Shown piece after piece: positions 30,215-39,691 of a stretch of DNA of 57,471 bases; positions within the stretch are counted from its first letter, which is position 1; each line of letters begins with the position of its first letter. This DNA comes from an uncultured Oligoflexus sp. (lineage in GTDB: Bacteria; Bdellovibrionota_B; Oligoflexia; Oligoflexales; Oligoflexaceae): positions 1-57,471 of the forward strand of contig CAXSGP010000017.1 of assembly GCA_964236955.1 (NCBI GenBank), read 5' to 3'. The notes under the pieces are model-generated. The model worked only from the letters and a program-made list of their open reading frames with translations, did not search any database and was not told the DNA's origin. Position numbers and translations under genes: made by a program.

Positions 30215-32974
30215 TCAGTTCGCCCAGGGAGAGACAAATTGCCAAGTTGCGTCCAAGCGAAAATCAGCCTCGGATTGTGAAGGATTGACGGTACCGCCAA
30301 AGGCTGAAACCCACACTTCTGAGTTTGCATGGCGGATATAGTAACCATTCATATTAAACGATTCAAGTGAGACTCCAGAGCCTGATAAACCCGTTTTGGT
30401 GCAGAACGTCGCATCGAGGTCAAAGAGCTGGGTGCCATCACGAAAGTTCCTGCGAATTCTAAACGCAGCGTGGCGCAAATAGCTGCCCGGATAGTTGAGA
30501 GATTCGAAAGAGTAGCAGCTGCTGTCAGCAAGGCCCGCCACGATGCGAAAGCTTGCATCAAGTTTCAGCGTTTGGTCACTGTTGGCATCGACGATCTCGG
30601 TGAATCCCAGATCTTCAAAGTGACGAAGGTAGCGATCGGTGAAACCTGGAGTCGTGACGCGGATCGATGTCAACGAACCCAGAGGGAGGATCACCTCGCT
30701 TTTCCAAAGGGGGGCTGCAATATGCCAGGTGGCATTTGTCCGGTAGTCTGCGGTGTCTTCGAAGCTATCCAACCAGACTTCGGCATTGCGATGACGAATG
30801 AAGTAGTTCGGATAGTTGAGAGATTCGAGTGAAACATTGCCAGAGCCATCGAGGCCGGCACGGGCACAGAAGGTGGCGTCGGCCTTAAAGACAGCGCTTC
30901 CGTCATTGTCGGCTTTGCTTATACGGAACGCTATATGACGCAGGAAGGTGCCCGGAAAGTTTAGGGACTCAAACGAATAGCAGCTCCCATCGGCGAGTCC
31001 CCGCACCACCTTGAAGCTCGCATCCTGCTTGAGCAATGTCGCGCTGCCTGCAGCTATCGATTCGGTCGTCGCAAGGCTGTTGAAATGACGAAGGTAGCGG
31101 TCCGTATAGCCTGGAGTCACGACTTGAAGGGATTGCGTGCGTCCCAGTGCGAAAATCCCTTCACTGACGCGCGAGGCATCGACCAGACCCTGATTCGCAT
31201 TTCTAACAATGGTTGTATCGACTTTCATCACCGCGCGATCATAGGTGAGGAAGCCGTTGACTTCGTTTTCGACATCGACGATTTCAGTGTAGACCGCTGC
31301 ATTAAGGCCCGAGTATTTCATATTGGAAATGTTTTGGGTCATCATTCCTGCATAGCGTTTCGAAACAGTTGCGATATCAGGGAGCATTTCATAGGAAAAT
31401 GCCGAGGCTGGGTCCCACATGTGATTCTGAATCTTAAGGCCCAGGCCACCGAATTCGCCTATAACCGCTGCGCGATTCACGCTGGCTTGGGGACCATGAG
31501 GCTCCACATAGGAATGCCAATCAACTACATCGCCATTGCCGCCATCTTTAGCTCCGCAGCAATTTACGCCGCTCATATTGTTTACAAGGCGGGTGGGATC
31601 CAGACTTTTGACCAAAGCAGCCATCTTCGCTTGATCGTGTTGTCCCCAGCCTTCGTTCTGGTTGACCCACATGACGATAGAAGGCGCAGTCTGGTGTTCG
31701 GCAATCAACTCTCTGAGTTCTTTTTCGAATTGTACCTTGGCACCATCGGACGGAACGATATCGGACTTCATCGAAGGCATATCCTGCCAGACCATCAAAC
31801 CCAAACGATCCGCCCAATAGAACCAACGGGCGGGTTCCACCTTGATATGTTTGCGAACCATGTTGAAGCCCAGCTCCTTGTGCTTTTCAATATCGAAGCG
31901 CAGGGCAGCATCAGTGGGGGCTGTATAGATTCCGTCCGGCCAGAAGCCTTGATCGAGAGTGCCAATCTGAAATACAAACTTGCCATTCAATACGGTGCGA
32001 AGAAAACCATCGACGGTGGCGAGTCCGATCGAACGCATCCCGAAGTAGCTGTTGACCTGGTCGATCACCTGGTTGGAACCACGAACGGTGATGCGAAGAT
32101 CGTAGAGATAAGGATCCTCGGGCGTCCAGAGTCGAGGATTGGCAACAGGGATGCTGAGCTCGGCACCGGCCGCTCCCGTCGCCCGACCCACTTCGACCCC
32201 TGAGCTGAACGCTACGGCCTCGACGTATTGGCCATTGATGCCGTCGGCGTTAACAACAACTCCCAGAACCTGTTCGTCAAGTTTCGGTGTGAGTTTGAGA
32301 CTGGTTATGTGGGCGACGGGTACGGGCTCAAGCCAGACGGTCTGCCAGATACCGGATGAGGATGTGTACCAGATGCCGCTTGGATTGTTTACCTGTTTGC
32401 CGACCGGGTTCTCCGAGTTGGTCGTCGGGTCATAGGCGCCAACGATGATTTCGTTTGAACCTGTTTGCAATTGACTGCTTATGTCAAAGCTAAAAGAGTC
32501 GTATCCGCCCTTGTGGGTACCGACCAGTTTACCGTTGACATAGACGGTAGCTTCGTTATCGACGGCTCCGAAGTTCAAGATAACGCGTTGCCCGTTCCAG
32601 GCTTGGGGGATGGTAAATAGACGACGGTACCACATGCGTTCCTGTTTCCGCATGATGCCGGACAGTGCCGACTCGACAGGAAAAGGAACGAGTATGCTTT
32701 CCGCAAGATTACGGCCGAAGGGCGGCGCTTCACCGGCAGCGGCGTTGGCAAATTGCCATTCACCGTTAAGGTTCTGCCATTTCTCCCGCACCAACTGGGG
32801 CCGAGGATACTCGGGCAAGGCATTGAGCGGAGAAACCTGCGAAGTCCATCGGGTCTTAAGCGGTGAGGTCTTCGGTGCCCATGCACCTTGGGCTTTCATA
32901 GGCAGTAGAGCCAAAGCTAATGTGCCTAGTATGGCCGAGAGAAAACCTCGCGGTGTCGAAGCAGTCGGATTCAT
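30215..32974 (-). CDS. Secreted GH2 glycoside hydrolase with two C-terminal AbfB (CBM42-like) domains; candidate beta-D-galactofuranosidase
   Basis: PEYPRPQL, NLNGEWQF, LNFGAVD, GIWQTVWLE, LDQGFWPDG, GFNMVRKHIKVE, WVNQNEGWG, IGEFGG; two AbfB modules (YLRH...DASF...GLAD...SFESLNYPG...YLRH). ATG 32974 after GGAG. Confidence 0.9.
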   Translation of the reverse strand: MNPTASTPRGFLSAILGTLALALLPMKAQGAWAPKTSPLKTRWTSQVSPLNALPEYPRPQLVREKWQNLNGEWQFANAAAGEAPPFGRNLAESILVPFPVESALSGIMRKQERMWYRRLFTIPQAWNGQRVILNFGAVDNEATVYVNGKLVGTHKGGYDSFSFDISSQLQTGSNEIIVGAYDPTTNSENPVGKQVNNPSGIWYTSSSGIWQTVWLEPVPVAHITSLKLTPKLDEQVLGVVVNADGINGQYVEAVAFSSGVEVGRATGAAGAELSIPVANPRLWTPEDPYLYDLRITVRGSNQVIDQVNSYFGMRSIGLATVDGFLRTVLNGKFVFQIGTLDQGFWPDGIYTAPTDAALRFDIEKHKELGFNMVRKHIKVEPARWFYWADRLGLMVWQDMPSMKSDIVPSDGAKVQFEKELRELIAEHQTAPSIVMWVNQNEGWGQHDQAKMAALVKSLDPTRLVNNMSGVNCCGAKDGGNGDVVDWHSYVEPHGPQASVNRAAVIGEFGGLGLKIQNHMWDPASAFSYEMLPDIATVSKRYAGMMTQNISNMKYSGLNAAVYTEIVDVENEVNGFLTYDRAVMKVDTTIVRNANQGLVDASRVSEGIFALGRTQSLQVVTPGYTDRYLRHFNSLATTESIAAGSATLLKQDASFKVVRGLADGSCYSFESLNFPGTFLRHIAFRISKADNDGSAVFKADATFCARAGLDGSGNVSLESLNYPNYFIRHRNAEVWLDSFEDTADYRTNATWHIAAPLWKSEVILPLGSLTSIRVTTPGFTDRYLRHFEDLGFTEIVDANSDQTLKLDASFRIVAGLADSSCYSFESLNYPGSYLRHAAFRIRRNFRDGTQLFDLDATFCTKTGLSGSGVSLESFNMNGYYIRHANSEVWVSAFGGTVNPSQSEADFRLDATWQFVSPWAN

Positions 32975-33737
32975 TGAGGACTCCAAACTATTGCGCAGGA
33001 TCGTTCAGTCAAAAAAAATGAATGATGCCTTGCAAGGCGGAAGATTTCAGCAAAAGATTTACTAATTCTACGACTAACAGACTAGGTCAAAAAAAGAAAT
33101 AAAAAATACCTGACTGTTCACTGAAAATAAAAAAAATCAGCCGTGATGATTTCTTGCTAGGTTACCTTTTCCAATCTGACTTTGAAAACGAACCAAGGCT
33201 TTCACCATTCGAAAATTATTTTGGAGAATCATCGCCGTTCAGGGCGCTGCTCTCTTTTGGGCCGTATCGTGTCCTCTGACAAGAAGAGCATGGGCCTAGC
33301 GGATTGAGTCTGTAGATTCAGAGGGGAATCCTAGGGTGCGTTGAGAGTATCAAAGCTCTTACTGTTCGCTCATTTGAATGGACAGCCACAGTGAATTGAG
33401 ATCATGACGTCTTCTAAAATCGTGTATCCCATAAGACGCGGGTAAGGGGAGAAGACTGCTTTTTTGATGGCATAGGTCACCCTGTTTTTAGTGAGTTAGC
33501 CCTCAAAGAAAATTATTTTACCGCTGTAAAATGGGCTTGGAAAGATAGTCTTGCTCGGAAAAAAAAGGGTTATTGTAGAGTTTTGGCATCTTTTTTTACC
33601 CGAGCGCAGAGCCTCTGACTTATAGACCCTATCGATTTTTCTATTCGACTTCTCATAAATTCCGTGTAAATACTCCTGTAACTGGCCGGCGACCGTTTGT
33701 TTATTTTAATTTATAGATAATGAATGCGAGGTTTTCA

Positions 33738-34709
33738 ATGTTTCCCATGAAAAGTAAAATCCTTAATGCCCTCTTGCAAGGGACCGTAATTCTCTCCAGC
33801 CTTGGTTTTGCCGGCGGCGCGTTTGCCGCTGAGAAGAAGCTTGTAGTTGGCTTTTCCCAAATAGGTGCTGAGAGCGCCTGGCGGACTGCCAATACAGAAT
33901 CGATTATGAGCGAAGCCAAGAAACGTCCTAACATCGAATTGAAGTTCTCTGATGCTCAGCAGAAGCAAGAAAACCAAATCAAGGCGATCCGTTCGTTTAT
34001 CGCTCAAGGTGTTGACGCGATTGCATTTGCTCCGGTTGTCGAGACGGGCTGGGAACCCGTTCTTAAAGAAGCTAAGAAAGCTGGTATTCCAGTCATTCTC
34101 ACCGACCGTTCGATCGATGTGAAAGACGACAGCCTTTTTGTCACGGTGATCTCTTCCGACTTCAAAGAAGAAGGGCGCATGGCCGGCAAATGGCTGGCTC
34201 AGAAAATGGGCGGCAAAGGTAATATCGTTGAGCTTCAAGGTACCGTTGGTTCAGCGCCGGCGAATGACCGTATGGCCGGCTTCCTCGAAGTCATCAAAGA
34301 AAACCCAGGAATGAAGATCATCAAGACACAAAGCGGTGATTTCAATCGCTCTAAGGGTAAAGAAGTCATGGAAGCGTTCCTGAAGTCGAACGGCAAGGAC
34401 ATCAACGCTGTCTATGCTCATAATGATGACATGGCGATCGGCGCGATTCAGGCGATCGAAAACTACGGCAAGAAGCCAGGTAAAGACATCACCATCATTT
34501 CTATCGATGGCGTCAAAGGTGCCTTTGAAGCTATGGCTGCTGGCAAACTCAACGCAACGGTTGAATGTAACCCACTGCTCGGACCCACTCTTTTTGATAC
34601 CATCCAGGACGTAAAAGCCGGCAAAACCGTTCCCAAACGTATTATCGTCAAGGACGGCATCTTCTCTCAGGAAGTCGCGCAAAAGGAATTGCCGAACCGC
34701 CTCTATTAG
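33738..34709 (+). CDS. ytfQ: Galactofuranose-type ABC transporter periplasmic binding protein
   Basis: VGFSQIGAESAWR, DAQQKQENQIKAIRSFIAQGVDAI, PVVETGWEPVLKEAK, AHNDDMAIGAIQAI, ATVECNP. Confidence 0.9.
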   Translation: MFPMKSKILNALLQGTVILSSLGFAGGAFAAEKKLVVGFSQIGAESAWRTANTESIMSEAKKRPNIELKFSDAQQKQENQIKAIRSFIAQGVDAIAFAPVVETGWEPVLKEAKKAGIPVILTDRSIDVKDDSLFVTVISSDFKEEGRMAGKWLAQKMGGKGNIVELQGTVGSAPANDRMAGFLEVIKENPGMKIIKTQSGDFNRSKGKEVMEAFLKSNGKDINAVYAHNDDMAIGAIQAIENYGKKPGKDITIISIDGVKGAFEAMAAGKLNATVECNPLLGPTLFDTIQDVKAGKTVPKRIIVKDGIFSQEVAQKELPNRLY

Positions 34710-34794
34710 GTTTTGGTACGTAAGGAATGATGGAAGCGTATCCCTGGGTTGAATATATCTATGAACATAGTTCGTAGTTGAAGAGGATCAGACG

Positions 34795-36336
34795 ATGGCG
34801 GATAGAGAGTTTCTGCTGGAAATCAAAGGTCTTAGCAAGAGCTTCCCAGGGGTGAACGCACTGCAGTCCGTAGATTTAACGGTCAGAGCTGGCGAAGTCC
34901 ACGCTTTGATGGGCGAAAATGGTGCTGGAAAATCCACTCTCATTAAGGTTCTGACCGGTTTTTATGCCCGTGATGCTGGCGACATTATCTTTGATGGCCG
35001 TTCCTTCAATGTCGCCAGTCCCGTTGAGGCTACCCGGGATGGAATCAGCACTGTCTATCAGGAAATTAACCTCATACCCGGGCTTTCCGTCGCTGAAAAC
35101 ATCTGTATCGGCCGGGAACCCAAACGGTTTGGACTGATCGATTGGCCCCGTGTTCGAAAGCGGGCGAAGGCCGCTCTGAAAAAGCTCGATCTGGATATCG
35201 ATATCGATCGAAGCGTCAATTCCTATTCGGTCGCAATAGGTCAGCTCGTGGCGATTGCGCGGGCTTTGGATGTGACGGCCAAGATTCTTATCCTCGACGA
35301 ACCCACATCAAGCTTGGATAAACCTGAAGTCGAGCGCCTCTTTCGCATCATCGAAAGTCTTAAGAAGCGAGGCATGGCGATTATTTTCGTCAGTCATTTT
35401 CTGGACCAGGTTTATGAGATTTCCGATCGCATGACCATCCTTCGCAACGGCCGTTTGGTGGGAGAATACGTGACTGCAGATTTGCCGCGTATTGATCTCG
35501 TCGGCAAAATGCTTGGCAAAAACTTATCCGAACTTGACTTGCAACGGAACCAGGCGCTTGCCGTGAAGGGTCCGAAAATGCCTTTATTTTATGAGGCTGA
35601 GGGGCTTGACCGTAAAGGTGCCATCAATGATTTCACCTTGGACATTGCCGTCGGTGATGTCCTGGGACTCGCTGGACTTCTCGGCTCGGGTCGCACCGAA
35701 GCGGCAAGACTTATCTTTGGCGTGGATAAATCGAATAAAGGTAAGGTCAAGATTCTCGGCAAAAAAGTTACTATCGACACTCCACGGCAAGCAATTTTAC
35801 AGGGACTGGGTTTTTGTCCGGAAGACAGGAAGGCCGAAGGTATCATTCCTGACTTAAGCGTTCGCGAAAATATTGTTCTGGCACTGCAGGCTTGCAGTGG
35901 AATTTTTCACAGCATGTCGAAGCAAAAGCAGATCGATCTGGCCGAAGAGTTTGTCAAGGCTCTTAAGATCAAGGTTTCCAGCATCGAGCAGCCGGTTAAA
36001 AACCTGAGCGGCGGCAATCAACAAAAAGTGATCATCGCCCGTTGGATGGCAGCCAATCCCAAGTTGCTTATCCTTGACGAGCCAACTCGCGGTATCGACG
36101 TGGGAGCCAAAGAAGAAATCCAGAAAATCGTCGCGCGATTGAGTGGCGAAGGTATGGCTATACTCTTTATATCGTCTGAACTTGATGAGCTTACCCATTC
36201 CTGCAATCGGGTCGCAGTCCTTAGGGACAGACGTAAGATCGCCGAGCTTGAAGGGAGTCAGATAACTGTTCCCAATATAATGGAGACAATTGCGGCTAAA
36301 GCGCAGGAAACCTCAAGAATTCAGGTGGGATCGTGA
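34795..36336 (+). CDS. ytfR: Sugar ABC transporter ATP-binding protein (two ABC domains)
   Basis: Walker A GENGAGKST; ILDEPTSSL; GLLGSGRTE; LSGGNQQKV; LDEPTRGIDVGAK; position in the operon. Confidence 0.9.
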   Translation: MADREFLLEIKGLSKSFPGVNALQSVDLTVRAGEVHALMGENGAGKSTLIKVLTGFYARDAGDIIFDGRSFNVASPVEATRDGISTVYQEINLIPGLSVAENICIGREPKRFGLIDWPRVRKRAKAALKKLDLDIDIDRSVNSYSVAIGQLVAIARALDVTAKILILDEPTSSLDKPEVERLFRIIESLKKRGMAIIFVSHFLDQVYEISDRMTILRNGRLVGEYVTADLPRIDLVGKMLGKNLSELDLQRNQALAVKGPKMPLFYEAEGLDRKGAINDFTLDIAVGDVLGLAGLLGSGRTEAARLIFGVDKSNKGKVKILGKKVTIDTPRQAILQGLGFCPEDRKAEGIIPDLSVRENIVLALQACSGIFHSMSKQKQIDLAEEFVKALKIKVSSIEQPVKNLSGGNQQKVIIARWMAANPKLLILDEPTRGIDVGAKEEIQKIVARLSGEGMAILFISSELDELTHSCNRVAVLRDRRKIAELEGSQITVPNIMETIAAKAQETSRIQVGS

Positions 36337-37385
36337 CGGAAAAGAGGGATGATATTAAAAAGGTATTTCTGAGCGACGAATCGAATCGTATTCTATGGCC
36401 AGTGGTTGCCTTGCTGCTGATACTGTTGTCAAATATCCTACTGACCACAGGTTTTTTTCATTTTGAAATCAAAGACGGGCGTCTGTTCGGCAGTCTCGTC
36501 GATATTCTCAATCGCGGTGCTCCGGTCATGCTCGTTACCATAGGAATGACCCTGGTTTATGCGACCGGTGGGGTTGACCTGTCGGTAGGCGCGGTGATGG
36601 CAATCACAGGTGCAATTAGTGCCTATATTATTTATCCCGCATATGTGGCTGGCAACTCTCAGGACCTGTCGCTCATTACCATCATGGGCATAGCCCTTTC
36701 AGCGGCGATCCTGGCTGGCCTGTGGAACGGTCTTCTGGTCGCCTATGCCGGTATGCAACCGATAGTCGCAACCTTGATTTTAATGGTTGCCGGTCGGGGC
36801 ATAGCGCAGCTGATTACTGAAGGCAAAGTCATCGTCTTTGAACACGAATCGTTTCAATTTTTAGGCAGTGGTGCGGTCCTTGGTCTGCCGGTGCCGGTGG
36901 TCATTACTTTTGCACTCCTTGTTCTCACTCTTTTGGTCACAAGAAAAACCGCATTGGGCATGTTCATCGAGGCTATCGGTGCGAACCCAAGCGCGAGTCG
37001 TTTTACGGGGATCAAGGCCCAATCCATCAAACTTATGGTTTATGTCTTCTCTGGCTTTTGTGCGGGGCTTGCCGGTTTGATCATCTGTTCCGATATTAAG
37101 GGCGCGGATGCTAATAACGCTGGTTTATTTTGCGAACTCGATGCTCTGGCTGCGGTTATCATCGGCGGTACGATCTGGGGCGGTCGTTTCACGATCATTG
37201 GTTCCATGGTTGGGGCGCTGATTATACAGACTTTGACGACAACGATCCTCATGCGCGGCATAGCACCTGAACTCACCCTGATCTTTAAGGCTATCGTCAT
37301 TCTTGGGGTGGCTCTGATTCAGTCGGCGGCTTTTAGAAAATTCATGACAAAATCTTTCGCTCGCTTGAAAGGGCAGGCCCTATGA
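36333..37385 (+). CDS. ytfT: Sugar ABC transporter permease
   Basis: DGRLFGSLVDILNR, GGVDLSVGAVMAI, QPIVATLILMVAGRGIAQLIT, ADANNAGL; GTGA overlap with ytfR. Confidence 0.9.
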   Translation: MTEKRDDIKKVFLSDESNRILWPVVALLLILLSNILLTTGFFHFEIKDGRLFGSLVDILNRGAPVMLVTIGMTLVYATGGVDLSVGAVMAITGAISAYIIYPAYVAGNSQDLSLITIMGIALSAAILAGLWNGLLVAYAGMQPIVATLILMVAGRGIAQLITEGKVIVFEHESFQFLGSGAVLGLPVPVVITFALLVLTLLVTRKTALGMFIEAIGANPSASRFTGIKAQSIKLMVYVFSGFCAGLAGLIICSDIKGADANNAGLFCELDALAAVIIGGTIWGGRFTIIGSMVGALIIQTLTTTILMRGIAPELTLIFKAIVILGVALIQSAAFRKFMTKSFARLKGQAL

Positions 37386-38359
37386 AAGCAATCGCCGTCA
37401 ATCAAAGGGTACTCCCGACCTTAGCGGGTCTCTTGGTATTCTTGGCTATCTACGCCCTTGGATCCTATGTCTATCCAGGGTTCTCCTCCCTAAGGGTCTT
37501 GATGAATCTTTTCACCGACAATGCTTTTGTGGGTGTGATCGCCATCACCATGACCTTTGTCATCGTGTCGGGCGGCATCGACCTGTCGATAGGTTCGGTC
37601 ATCGCTTTTACGGGAGTACTGGCGGCCAAACTTTTGCAGGCAGCTTATGACCCATTGCTGATCATAGCCATCACTCTGCTGTCGGGCGCTCTCTTCGGCT
37701 TTGCCATGGGCTATTGCATCCACGTCTTTGAGATGCCACCCTTTCTCGTGACATTGACTGGCATGTTTCTCGCGCGAGGAGCCGCTTTTTGGTTGACGCT
37801 TAGTTCGATTCCTATCAAAAGTGAATTCTTTGACAAACTTGTCGATTTTCAAATCGATCTGGGATTTAAAAGTTCGTTATCACTCAACGCCCTTATCTTT
37901 ATCTGCGTTGCGCTTCTTGGTATTTTCATAGCCCATTTCACACAGTTCGGCCGGTGGATCTATGCGATAGGCGGCGACTCATCATCAGCTCGTTTGATGG
38001 GCTTACCTGTCGGCAGGGTCAAGATCATGATCTACACCTTAAACAGCACGGTTTGCGCACTTGCAGGCTTAGTTTTTTCGCTTTATACCCTTTCAGGTTA
38101 TCCCTTGGCTACTGTCGGTCTTGAGCTTGATGTGATTGCTGCTGTTGTCATCGGCGGAACCTTGATGACGGGCGGCGTGGGATATATCGAAGGCACAGTC
38201 ATTGGTGTTTTAATCTTAGGCTTGATTCAGACCTTGATCAACTTTCAGGGTACCCTCAGCTCCTGGTGGACCAAAATCGCAGTGGGGGTGCTACTTTTTC
38301 TATTTATTATGCTGCAGACCTATATTAGCAAATCGTCGGCGAAAAGAAGCCAGGCTTAA
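37382..38359 (+). CDS. yjfF: Galactofuranose-type ABC transporter permease
   Basis: NLFTDNAF, SGGIDLSIGSVIAFT, ELDVIAAVVIGGTL, FQGTLSSWWTKI; ATGA overlap with ytfT. Confidence 0.9.
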   Translation: MKAIAVNQRVLPTLAGLLVFLAIYALGSYVYPGFSSLRVLMNLFTDNAFVGVIAITMTFVIVSGGIDLSIGSVIAFTGVLAAKLLQAAYDPLLIIAITLLSGALFGFAMGYCIHVFEMPPFLVTLTGMFLARGAAFWLTLSSIPIKSEFFDKLVDFQIDLGFKSSLSLNALIFICVALLGIFIAHFTQFGRWIYAIGGDSSSARLMGLPVGRVKIMIYTLNSTVCALAGLVFSLYTLSGYPLATVGLELDVIAAVVIGGTLMTGGVGYIEGTVIGVLILGLIQTLINFQGTLSSWWTKIAVGVLLFLFIMLQTYISKSSAKRSQA

Positions 38360-38445
38360 GTAATTTCATGGACGGGGAGGCGCTGGGAAAGGGTCATTCC
38401 CTTTCTGCATTCTTTCTCGCATAATCCGCTTCGCCAGAAATGAAT

Positions 38446-38471
38446 AAAGGAAGCCGGAAGCTTCCTTTTTT
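38446..38471. terminator. Bidirectional terminator
   Basis: AAAGGAAGC-CGGAA-GCTTCCTTTTTT. Confidence 0.7.
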
Positions 38472-38485
38472 CAATGGCGCCGCCG

Positions 38486-39301
38486 CTATTGCGGAATGGA
38501 CTTGATAGTGACAGTTAGATTCAGTTCGGAATGGTAGCAGTCTTTATCCTCGTTATCACCAGTCGCCGTCAGAGTAACAGGAGCTGAGGATTTTCCTTGA
38601 AGCGTGAGCGCGATGCCTGCAATTTTTTCGCTGGCCAGATTAATCGTTACAGGGCCTTGTTTATCCGTTGTAGGAAAAGAACATTCAGATTCATCGCCAA
38701 TGCAGTAAGGGATCCCGTCGAAGTTTACAAATTGCTGGCCAACGACCTTGTTGAAGTCCCAGGTGAAAATCCCATTTTTTTTCTCTAGATTTTCGGTCAG
38801 GTCCTTATTGCTTACATAGATTATTTGACTGTCAAGGGCGAGAACAAGCATATCGTCGTAAATCAGAGTCGCGTCTTTTGCCGATTCTATACCGATTCCA
38901 CAAATATGGCCCGTCGGGAGCTTGAGTTCTGTTGCCGTGGTTTCGGAAGCTTGAACCAAGGCCTCCTCTTGTGTGCGATTGGGAGCGGTGCCCCAGTTAC
39001 AGAGTTTATGCTCTGGAAAGTATAGCAGCTGGGTTGTGGTCTCAAGCCGATCCGCAGCTAAAGCACAAGCGTCTCGAATGCCCTCGACGGTGGATAGCTT
39101 CGGTTTCTGTGTGTCCAAAACCGGAGTCTCTTCACCCTCTCTTGCTGGTTCCCCCTGCGTTTGAGGCTCACGGTCGGAATTGACATTCGGCAAGGCATCC
39201 CCACTGGGGCGAGCTAAAGCCGTGGGGTTATTCCCCGAGAATTTTGAATCGGAACAAGACGCTAAGAATATTAAAGAAACCAGCAAGAATGAGCAGCGCA
39301 T
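38486..39301 (-). CDS. Hypothetical Cys-containing lipoprotein
   Basis: Lipobox LASC; disordered linker, then a globular domain with six Cys (YDD, YC...C-x-FP, TGDN...DC-x-H). Confidence 0.75.
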   Translation of the reverse strand: MRCSFLLVSLIFLASCSDSKFSGNNPTALARPSGDALPNVNSDREPQTQGEPAREGEETPVLDTQKPKLSTVEGIRDACALAADRLETTTQLLYFPEHKLCNWGTAPNRTQEEALVQASETTATELKLPTGHICGIGIESAKDATLIYDDMLVLALDSQIIYVSNKDLTENLEKKNGIFTWDFNKVVGQQFVNFDGIPYCIGDESECSFPTTDKQGPVTINLASEKIAGIALTLQGKSSAPVTLTATGDNEDKDCYHSELNLTVTIKSIPQ

Positions 39302-39340
39302 ATTTGCCCTTAAATTTTGTTTTACTTTTGCAACGGAACC

Positions 39341-39367
39341 TTATCGGGCAAAAGTTTCCTGACTTGA
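39341..39367 (-). promoter_or_regulatory. Sigma28 (FliA)-like promoter
   Basis: Minus strand TCAAG-N14-CCCGATAA, 39 nt upstream of the ATG at 39301. Confidence 0.65.
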
Positions 39368-39640
39368 ACCGCTGTCGAATAATCGATGGTGGGCTCTTGG
39401 TTTCTTACCAGCATTCACGGTAGCCTTATAAAAAGAGGCCGCTACTTATTAGGTCCGATTATGCTTCCGGGAAAGATTCATCCTCGAAAGCCCGTCGCAG
39501 TGTTCAGAGGCCACCGCTTATTCCCACGGTAAGAATCAGAATGAAACAAACCTACCTAGAAAATCACTTATGCGGCACGGAGGAAAGCCAGGTTCTGGCT
39601 TTTCTAAGTCCCTGAATAAATATGCCTTCATAAATGTCCC

Positions 39641-39667
39641 TAAGGTTATTTAAAGCTTTGTCGAATA
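39641..39667 (+). promoter_or_regulatory. Sigma28-like promoter
   Basis: TAAG-N15-GTCGAATA, 24 nt upstream of the ATG at 39692. Confidence 0.4.
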
Positions 39668-39691
39668 TTCCCTCAATCAAAGGGGACTCTT

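Noticed and set aside
31085..32203. 372-aa plus-strand ORF
   Set aside because: Fully antisense to the strongly supported GH2 gene; no motifs.
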